A stretch of 64,000 nt of DNA, taken from Eledone cirrhosa (Eukaryota). Made by a program: the position numbers and the translations under genes. Where the stretch lies: the NCBI GenBank assembly GCA_964016885.1, contig OZ024744.1, positions 55,056,001 to 55,120,000 of the forward strand, in the 5' to 3' direction. Positions 37,898 to 49,300 of this stretch are shown piece after piece. How positions within the stretch are numbered: position 1 is the stretch's first letter; each line of letters opens with the position of its first letter. The notes beneath the pieces are model-generated. The model searched no databases and was not told the origin of the DNA. It saw nothing but the letters and a program-made list of their open reading frames with translations.

Positions 37898-40800
37898 TGT
37901 TGATGTTTCTGTGGCAACTGCTGCTGTTGCTGTGGTAGTTGTTGAATTTGCAACTGTGATTGTGGCGCTTGTGAAGGATGAGGTTGAAGTTGCTGCTGGT
38001 GGTGGTGATGCTGCTGCTGCAACTGTTGATGTTGCTGGTGCTGTTGATGTTGCTGGTGTTGATGTTGTTGGTGTTGATGTTGCTGCTGCTGGTGGTGTTG
38101 CTGCTGCTGCTGATGTTGCTGCTGCTGATGTTGCTGTTGTTGTTGCTGCTGCTGCTGTTGTTGCTGCATGTGAACTTCACTTTCTTCAGAATCTTCAAAG
38201 ATTTTCTCATCACATTCTAAATTAAGTACGTCATCGGTATCATACGACTCGGGAACGCGTTCCTTTCTCGAATCGAAATACTCAGGCTGTTCCTTTATGT
38301 TATTGCTGTCCTCTTTTGGCATTTTTGGGGTTGAATTCTGAGCTTTTACTATTTCGTGACAGGTAACAAGTGAACTTTTAAAATTAGCATTTCCACCATC
38401 TTGAACGTTTAAGACACCTCCTCCTCGTTCTTCTTTCACATCAGGCAGCCTGTCCTTGGTCTCTGAAGTCAGTGGAACAGTGTTTATTTGTGGATCTACT
38501 GACAGAGAATGAGATACTTTCTTGTCAGCTTGATCACAGCTTACAACTTTCTTGTTTTCAGCTACACTACTCCTGTCTAAGTCATCCATCTTTTTTAACA
38601 TCTCTTTAACAGCTTCCTCCTTTGATGTATCAATAATGACTTTGTTTCGTTCTGATTCCAAATTCTCGTTTTTGTATTCTCCATCACTTTCTCCGCTGTC
38701 GTCACTTTCAGCTGGATAAAATAAAAGAATAGTGGTTAATGTATATTTGCGTGTGTGTGTGTGTGTGTGTGTGGTGGTAGTGGGGGGTGTATATATATAT
38801 ATATACGAAGGATCGTGATAAGTGGAGAGATGCTGTGCTGAATAGGACCCATCCCACCCTTGCAAGCAGGAAAAAGAGGACATATGATGATGATATATAT
38901 ATTATTGTTTTTGATGTTGATAATAATAGTAATAACAATAATGATGATTACATTTATTTCCTACAAGGGCTACAGATAAAACATTACAAGGACAAATTAC
39001 AAAAACAATGAAGATTTACACAAAGTTGATTGTGAAAAAATAAACAGAAAAGAATACACAAAAGATATGAAATGAAATATCACAAGAGGGGTACAGCTAT
39101 CTAGGGTTAATCAAAGAATACGAGATTCAGGATTAACCTGATTATTAAGTGCAAGTGGCCTCTCCCAGCTACCTATTGGTCCAACTTGCAACAGAATGTA
39201 CTCCATTATATATATACATACACACAAACACATGGGTTCCTCATCAGTTTCCACAGTTCAAATTTAGTTGTTCAATCAATAGAAAGTTCAACTTGTGAAT
39301 TAACATTTAATTACGTACCCTACAGACATGTGTGCCCTTAACGTAATTCCCATGCCAAATAAGTGTGTGGCAATGCTGAACCTTTGAATTACAGATACAC
39401 TCAATCCAATAAGCTTCCATACAGTTTTTGTTTACCCTAAATGCTACACATTGGGATTAAACCTGGGACCTCATGATTGCAAAGCGGACTTGTTAAACAT
39501 TCAGTCATACCCGTGTCCACAAACATAATATAGATAAGTGCAGGTAAATGTTTTCTTACCTGGAGATTGAACATCAGAAGATTCTGTTAATCCAGAGCTT
39601 CTTCGTGGTCGGCGTTTTGCTATTAATAAGAATAAAGGTCGCACATTTTTAGTAAGAATACTAACAATGACAGCAACAATTTTTTAAAATCCCTTTCTTT
39701 TGATTACAAAAATAAAATAAAATAAAGAAACTATATTGTTCCTATTGGTTTTCCCATCACTGATATTATCCACTGGTTGCAACTCCTGGCAAAAGTATTA
39801 AGGCTTTTCCAGTGACAAGTGCCAATATGTGAACACAGATCACACAAAGTCAGAATATATACCATAAAGCATTCCACTCGACTAACAATTCCACCAATCT
39901 ACTGGTGTTTTACTCTACAACATCGAGGGATAAAAGGCAAAGTTGACCTCAGCAGGATTTGAACTAAATGGGCAGAGAACCAGAAGAAAATCAAATCCAA
40001 CGCTTTACAAACTCTGCCAATTGCTACAAAGAGGGCCAATTTATTGATATGAAGGCATGAGGTCTAGTGGTTAGGGTGTTGAGCTCAGGATTGTAATGAC
40101 GGATTCGATTCCCAGATCAGGCAGTGCATAGTGGGCTTGAGCAAAACACTATATTTTATGCTGCCCCAGCCTACTTAGTTGAAAGTGAGAATTAGCTGTA
40201 GCTGAGAGTAAACCCTGTAATAGACTGGTGTCCTATCCCAAAGAAAGTTTTTCACATTCAGCTGCTTAATGAGGTTGAGATAAGCTCCGATCTGATGAAC
40301 TTCTGTGCTTGGCTCAGACAAACTATATAAACTTATACTCTGAGGATTCTGGAGTTGTTTTTACATCTCTCCAGATAAAACATCTTGCCAGTTGTTGGTA
40401 ACTTTGTAATACAATTATTACACTCCACCATTAACCCTTTGGCATTTAAATTGGCCGTATCCGGCCAGAATTCTCTCATTTTTTTTCTGTTTAAACTAGC
40501 AACTTATACTGATGTTAAGGTATTGTTCTCAAAATAAATAATATCAAAATCTCATAAATTCAAGATTATATGACAATTATGTGAGCTAAAGCCTTTACTG
40601 TGATAATATAATAGTATATATAGAGTAATGTAAATGCTAAAGGGTTAAATGTATTTAGTCCTTTTTTTTATATGATTTGTAGACCTTGTGACTAAAGCGC
40701 ACACTAATATTTAAATAAGAGTAAAATACACAAGATACACATTCAAGTTGTTAATAGCTATTGTAATAAAATTATTACACTTTGAGTACTTTTTGTGTCT

Positions 40801-42767
40801 AATTTACAGATACCTTAGCCTTGTGTCTAAAAACACATGCATTAAAATATTTAAGGATAGTAAGATTTGAACTTGAAACTGATGTACCACACTAGATACT
40901 ATAAAATATATGCTATAGTTCTCTAAAATATACATCTCCACAATAAACAATAACCTCTTAATCAAACAGTCAGGTAATGAATTAGCACTGAATCAGCAGA
41001 GTAGACAGAGCTTGGCTGTCACTTGTTTGGGCTCTCTATGCTTTCAAATCTTGCCAAAGTCAATTTTACATTTCATCCTTTCAGAAATCAATATGAGGGT
41101 CAGCTGAAAAGTTCCTAGGTTGACTATGAAAGAGCGATGCTAGAGCTGTAAAATCTTGCATGTATTAATTTCAACTCTTCTTAATAACTGCTTGTTTCTT
41201 TCCAGGGACGATGTTGAAAAATACACCTATGAGAGTATCTTGGTCAGCCTATGAACTTTTCAGCTGACCCTCAAAATAATGTTCTGGTCCAGGGCAGTGA
41301 ATTTGTGGAATTGTTAAAGCACCAGTCACAGAATTTGCAATATGAACACACACACACAAGAATTTAAAGACATTCAAGAAGAAATAATATTATTTACTCA
41401 CGAGGAAGTCCTTCCAAGACAGGAAATTCCATGCTATTTGATCTTGTGGGCCGAACTTTGGCCTGGTTGTCTTTGATGGCGCGAGGTGAAGAGCCCGATG
41501 ATGGAGGCATTGAGTTGACTGCTGTTGGTGTGGTTGGCATAGGCGTTGCAGGTACGGAAGGTACCTGGGTTGGTGGTGGTGGTGGTGGTGGCGGCGGCGG
41601 AGTTGGTGGTGCTGGAGGAGCAGTCAGTGGTTTTGTTGGCACTGGCTGTGTGATTGGTGATGACGATGGGGGTGGGGGTGGGGGCGGCGGGGGTGGGGGT
41701 GGGGGTGGGGGCGGAGGGGGTGGTGGTGGCGGCGGCAGTTGCACTGGTGGGAGTGGGACAAACAATATAGATGAAGATAGCGTGGGGGTGGTAGTGCTAC
41801 TGCTGTTGGTGGTGGTGGTAGTTTTAGGGGTGGTAGTTTTGGGGGTGGTAGTTTTGGCGGTAGTAGTTTTCGGAGTTGTGGATTTCAGAGTTGCGGATTT
41901 CGGGGTAGTTGTTTTGGGGGTAGTGGTTTTGGGAGTGGTGGTTTTGGGAGTGGTGGTTTTGGGGGTGGTGGTTTTGGGAGTGGTAGTTTTGGCGGTGGTG
42001 GTTTTGACTATGGTGGTTGAAGAGGTGGCTGCTGTTGTGGTGGTAGTGGTGGCTGCTGCAGCAGAAGTTGTAGTGGTGGTGGCGGCGGTGGTGGTCGTCG
42101 AGGCAGCAGCGGCAGCGGCGGCGGCAGCAGCAGTGGCGGTAATGGTTGTGGTGGCCGCAGTGGTCGTGGTGGTGGTGGCAGATGTCGTGCAAGATGTTAA
42201 TAACGGCGACGATGACGACGATGATGACAAAGACAATGAGGACGAGGATGATGAGGCAGAGGAGGCAGATGATGAAGAGGAGGACGAAGAGGAAGAAGAC
42301 GATGACAATGAAGATGATGAAGACGATGATAATGTTGGTGCTGTCGATGGTAAAACAGTGACTGATAATGCAGAGGATAATGATGTAGTCGTCGATGATG
42401 TTGATGATGCTGATGCTGATGATGATGACAATGACGATGATGAAGACGATGATGATGAAGTTGATGAAGGTGTTGATGTTGAAATGGTTGGTGCCCTGCC
42501 TTTAACAGGTCGGTTCTCTTCCTTCCCACAACTGGTTCCTTGTTGAGAACGATTCTGATTCTGGACACGTTTCTTAGTTGCTCCAGGTCCCTAAGAAACA
42601 AAACAGTAAGAAAAAAAAATATATATATACGAAGGGCTGTGACAAGTGGAGAGATGCTGTGCTGAATAGGACCCCTCGTCCCAACCTTGCAAGCAGGGAA
42701 AAGTGGACGTATGATGATGATGATGATGATGATGATGATAAGAGAGAGAGAGAGAGCGAGAGAGAGA

Positions 42768-42858
<91 letters not shown>

Positions 42859-45800
42859 AATCGAAAATGCAACTGTGAGAAAAACCACAGACCCTCCATC
42901 TCAACTCTACTTTTGAATAGCAGAAGAACTGCGAAACCAGTAAAGGAACCAAATAAATATATATATTTTTTTTAAAATAAGTTGCATTTTCGATTTCATC
43001 TTTTTTTCTCTATACTTTCACTCGTGTAGGACACCTCGGTTATTTTTCATTTTGTAAAAAAACCTCATTTTCTAATATATATATATATACACACACCCAC
43101 ACACACACATACATATTGTGCATGCATATATACAATTGCCATATTTCAACTGTTGAGAAGATTTTAAGTCAAGTATCCAAGATTTCCTACCACTCTAACG
43201 ATCTCTTACAACCACTGCTAAGAATGTATATGAAAACATATAAACACATACAATAAACATATGGGCAGCCTTGCTGCTGAAGAAAAATATTTTTTTGTAA
43301 TGAAATGAAACAAAAAAAAATTATTTTTCTCTATTTTCCTTGGTGAATATATCAGAGTGGCCAGTATGTTCTGAGAATGTCAGACAGTGCTGTTTCAGGA
43401 TTTGTTAATCTTTCATCTGTGACACTCACTCAAACAATACTGGCATGAAACAGATTATAGTCTATATAGAATTTTGCACAATCACTTGTTAGAGATGCCC
43501 ATTTGCATATAACAAAAAGAAAACATTGACTGAAATGCTCATTTCCATATGGTGCAAACTTGGCTGGTTATATTTAATTATATTTATTATTTGAGTAGAT
43601 TAAAAGTTTAAGCAAACAATTTCTGCTTCCACCATAATATTTACCCCGATGCCTTTATATATACTGTTAATTAAAAAATATATATGTAATATCTTTATTA
43701 GCAGACATAGTTCATTGTGAAAATTTGCAACATAAAAGTAAAGACTAATTTTCAATATGATGCAATCATAGTGCTGCTGTGTATTTTTCAAGAATGTCTT
43801 AACTCTTTTGTTACCAAAGTTCTAATGAATACACAAAATGAAAAATTTGGAATAAATTTATAATGAAAAATTTGGAATAAATTTATTAAAAAAAACATTC
43901 ATTAACTGACTATTAAAATATAATTCAATAAAAATGGTGTTAAAATATTTTAATAGAATCAGAGGTGCTTTCAGGTCAAAACAGTTAATATATTTTCTTG
44001 CAATAGAGGGTATTAAGAGTTAATAAAATTGAATAAGATAGAAGCTATCTGAATGCATTTACCTTTGGAGATCTTGGTGAATGACTCTTAGCTTTCTTTT
44101 TTGTTCCTAATTCAGGCTTACCAAGAACTTTGACAATTCTCTCAGGCCTGACCCATTCATCATACCTGAAAAAAAATAGATATTTAGGTTTTAAAATATA
44201 ATGAAGGAATAACTTATTCAAATATCTTTTGCAGTGAAATTTAAAATTTAATCTATAACAAAATATTTATTATAACATCAATTATAAACCCATCAGTTCC
44301 AAACACTTCGTTGGTATGTACACAGTCACAACCGCCAATGCCATCTTTTTATATCTGCTTTACCATTCCTCATGGTCCATGAACACTAACATTACATATC
44401 CAGTGAAGCTTAATGGCTTTGTTTCATCATCATCATCATCGTTTAACGTCTATTTTCCATGCTAGCATGGGTTAGACAGGGAATTGTCCCACTTGAGGCA
44501 AGATTGGTTGGGTGACCGTGTCTCGCTCGTTCTTTCCAGTAAACAGACACACATGTGGGTGGCATGAATTGATGGAAACTGTACCAAGCCCATTATGTGT
44601 TTCTGTGCACATGTATGACTGTGTATTTGTTTGTCTCTCCTCTCCTCTTCCCATTTCAACATTATTAGAGCATATGGTGATATTCGATTACATTCAGCAT
44701 AAACAGAGGTTCCAATGCTTAGTGGTTAGGTGTGCAAAGTTCTGTGCCTTACTTAAAAAATAATAAAGAGACAAGTGAAGTTTTGCACAAGTCATAGAAC
44801 TCTAGGTCAACTTGAGGGTTGACTTAGAATTACACAACAACAGCAAATAAGATATATTTACCTAGTGTTCCACCCTGCATAATGCACTAAATATTGTTCA
44901 TGTCCACCCTCAGCACCAAATTCAACAACCTGAAAATACAAAGCAAGATAAATAATTAGAAATGTATGCTGTGTCTCTCATATATATTAATAATCCTGTC
45001 AAGAGTTCAGGCAGCATTGATAACATATTTATTAATCTAGATAATTTATCTCTCAACTCATCACTCTTGACACGAGTTGGAAAGGACTTTTTGAGGCAAT
45101 ATTTTATACGTCTCCCCTTCCTGACACCAACCGTTTTAGTTTCTTCTTAAGACATACAAAAAAAAAAATATATATATATATATATATTCATATTTTAAAA
45201 GGCCCCCCATCAGTCACTAATGACCATGGCTTTGTATATAGAAAGTTTCCCTCTAATGTACAAGTCTAAGTAAGGTTTGTTTGAGGAAGACCAGCAGTCA
45301 CCCGTGCAGCCTCCCTTCTCCATTCCACCAATGTTGTCCAAGGGAAAGACAATGGCCGATACAGCTAGGCACCAGTGATGTCGCAACTCATTTCTACAGC
45401 TGAGTGAACTGGAGCAACGTGAAATAAAGTGTCATATATATAAACAAATTTAAATGAGTTGATAATATAACCATATAAAGGTAAAAAAACATTTTTAAAG
45501 CTCAATATAGTCCATAACTTTAATCTAAAATCCTTGTTAATCTTTGTTCTTTATATAGTAAATGGCCAGTCCACCCTGTCAGGTGATTGTGTTGGTGACA
45601 CGACAAAAAGCACCCAGTCCACACTGTAATGTGGTTGGCATTAAGAAGGGCATCCAATCTTAGAAACCAAGTCCCAAATACAGATTTGTATGAGCATGAT
45701 GTGGTCTCATAATGTGACAACCCATCTAACCCATGCTAGCATGGAAAAAATGGATACATCAACTTTTACAATAGCCCCCCCCCCCCTCCGGGGGGGGGGG

Positions 45801-46275
45801 GGGGGGGGGTTATAATAGTATTAAAATATTACTATAATGTTTTTCACAAAATTGATCTTGATTTTTTTCTTTTAATCTACTGTTCCAGGCTCAAAAGAGA
45901 AATGTTGTGCCATGTTGAACAATTGTTATCCTATATTTACTAATATTTATATCTACTATCTATAATTGATTATTTTGTGGTTTATTTTTTGTGAAATAGT
46001 GGGGTAATGTAAATAGATGGTTTTTGAGAAGAAAAATATCAAGATTGGTATTAAGTATTAAACTAAACTAAATTATATATGTCTATTTAAATATACAGCT
46101 ATACTTATACATGATTTATGTCTGCTGCATCTTGCTTAAGTGTAGTCATGTTCTACCAAGTAATCTTTTTACAGCTGAATGACTTTCCTGTCACCAACCA
46201 CTTTACAGCATGTACTGGGTGCATCAACTCTACTGAGGCCATCATCGCCTTGACACAACTGAATGGTCCTCCCAA

Positions 46276-46314
<39 letters not shown>

Positions 46315-49300
46315 TATAATTCGGCACTCTTGTTGCAAATAAAAGTAATCATTATTATTACTATTACTACATTATCTCCAGTGTACAGGACAAGTAGATT
46401 TTGACATCAAATTTTGCAGTTTAAAAAATGTGTCTTATCATCATCACTGTTTTACGTCCATTCTTCCATGCTAGCATGGGTTAGACAGGTTGTCCTGTTG
46501 TGGGCAATGCCAGGTCAGGTGACCATGTCTTTCTCGTACAGAACTGATTTTGGCACCACAAAATAACAGACTGCTTACAATACATCCCTGGCAAGATTAT
46601 TTACAGGTGTTATTACAAAGAAATTATCAAACATTTTTTTTTAATTAAAAACTATAAATTTTTTTTTTAAAATGTAATAAACATGCATTATCAAGAAGTT
46701 CAGAAAAAAAGGTTTACTCACTTTTGCCTCATATATTTTCTGATTCCTTCCTCTTCCATACTTGACTCTGAGTTTCGTTCCTGTAGGATATTCACCAGAC
46801 CCTCCTAATCCGACAGTTTTCCCTTCTTCTTCTTCTTCTTCATCTTCCTCGTCATCGTCATCGTCATCACTGTCAGCAGCCTCTTCATTTCTGTAGAGCA
46901 AAAAAGAATGTGAAAATTAAATTAGTGTTTGAATTTATTTTTTTTAAATCCCCACCACCAACTATCATCATCATAGTTTTATGCATGGGTTGGACAGGTT
47001 TTTTTCAGCATAGCATTTCCCCACATATCATGATCCTTTGTTTATCTCCACTGAGTTTCACCAGTTTTACTGGAGAAATTCTACTGATCCTTTTCATTTA
47101 TAGTTATCACAATGAGTTATCTCTAATGTTGGCACTACTACAAAATGCACTCAGTACACTCTGTAAAGTGGTTGCAGTTTGGTAACAATATGGTCTTACA
47201 AAAAAGCATCTATCTACTGTAGTCCTATAAACCATGACCAAATTTGAGAGAGACGACGCATCAGTCACACCGAGGGCCAGATAACCTCTCTAGTGTTGGT
47301 GCCATAATAAAATGCACCCAATGCACTGTAAAGTGGTTGGTGTAAGGAAGGGCATCCAAATGTAAAAACTTTGCCAAAAAGGGTAGAGAGGACTTTTCAA
47401 TCACATCAAAGACACGTCAACCTCTTTAGTGTTGACGCCACAATAAAATGTATCCACTACACTCTGAAGAGTTAATTGCATTATGCAGAGCATCAAACTG
47501 TAGAAACCGTGCAAAAAATGGACATATTGAGTGAGATGTGGTCAACTGAGACATCTCAGATGAAATTAAATTATTAATTTGGTCTGTAATGACCCATCCA
47601 GCCCATGCCATCATGGAAAATCAGATATAGAAGTGATGGATGATGATGTTTATCCCAGGACAAACCTTGATTTTAGGGTATTCCAGCCATAACTGATTGC
47701 AGCATTTTTAGGGATGTCAAAGACTACATTATCTAATGTGCCCTTCCTTATTTTAAGATAGCAGTAGCAGTGGTGGTGGGATGGTGAACAATGTAAAAAT
47801 GATGATGAGAGATATATTTACCTCTTAGAATCGCCCTCTTCATCAACTTCAGCTTTAACTTTTGTTTCTTTCTTATCTTCTCGACTTTCCTTATTTTTAT
47901 CCTCCTTGTTCTTTTTCTCTTTCGTAGTTTTCTCCTCTTTTGTAGATTTTGTTTCCTTGCTTCCCTTTTCTTCTTTCATCCAAATATCAAGTTTGGAATT
48001 CATTGATTCTAGGGTACTTTTCACAAGACTTTCCTTTTTAAAATCATCTCCTCTAGTTGACCGTTTTCTAACCTGAAAATTTATAACAGCATATTAGAAA
48101 TAATAAAAACATTGAAACATGTAATAAAATTTGGAGCCATGTATATACAGCACAATAACAGGTGCTTTCACTTTTAAAGTCCTATACCACATGAAACCAC
48201 ATTAGCAAGACATTCTTGGAAAGTATGAAACAGCATTATGACTGCATCGCAATAAAAATTTAAGTCTTTAATCTAATACTGCAAATTATTTTTTCAAATC
48301 TGTTCATTAGTAAAGATACTTTAAACATTTGAATGAAAACTGTTTTTAGATATTTTTTGCTAAAGCATAAGTGTGTGTATGTACACACATGTATGTGAAA
48401 AAAAGAGTACAGGCAAAAAATACTTTCATGTTCTGCATGAAGTATATACATACAAATAGAGTTTAAGTATGAATATGGCGAGTAGGGAGAAACTACAAAC
48501 ATCTGCAATTTCAAGAGTCGAAACTCCCTTTTGAGATGTTCACCTGTTATTTTTATCTAAAGACATTTTTTCAAATTCCAACCCGCCCGTACCCTCAATC
48601 TATGTTATTTTTTATTCTTTCTTCTGATGAAGGACTAGCGTCCGAAACGTTAAGACCCTCTTCCTGCTATATCAAGCGTTAACCTAATATATCCCTTCCA
48701 TAAACTGTACCGATTGTGTTGTTATTTCTGTTTACCTTTTACATACATATATCATCATCATTTTACGTCCGCTTTTCCCTGCTTGCAAAGGTGGGATGGG
48801 TCCTATTCAGCACAGCATCTCTCCACTTGTCACGGTCCTTCGTCATCTCCTCGGTGAGTTTCAGCGATCTGTGGTCTGCTTTCACCACCTCAGCCCATGT
48901 TTTCCGTTGTCTACCTCTACTGCGTCTTCCTTCTACTGGGATTTCTTGGCACTTCTTTACCCAGCGGTCATCCTCCATGCGCATCACATGTCCATACCAT
49001 CTCAGCCATCTCTCCTGCACACCACAACTTATCCCTTTTATACCCACTTTCTTTCTCAACTCGTCTATGCTTGGTCCTTCATGCACATTGACATTGCACA
49101 TCCAACGGAGCATACTTGCTTCATTTCTCTCTCCAACCATCGCATATCTTCTGCAGTTGCTGCCCATGTCTCACTACCATGCAGCATCGAGCATCTCACC
49201 CAGGCATCATATAATTGTCCTTTTGTACGCAGGGAGAAACCCTTCTTTGTCAATAGAGGAAGCAGCTCCCTAAACTTCTACCAATACGTCCTTATTCTAG

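Noticed and set aside
37034-38225. Plus-strand hydrophobic ORFs
   Set aside because: Antisense shadows of the polyQ exon.
41431-42546. 371-aa plus-strand G/V-rich ORF
   Set aside because: Antisense shadow of the ARID4 low-complexity exon, which is the strand with matching splice sites and phases.
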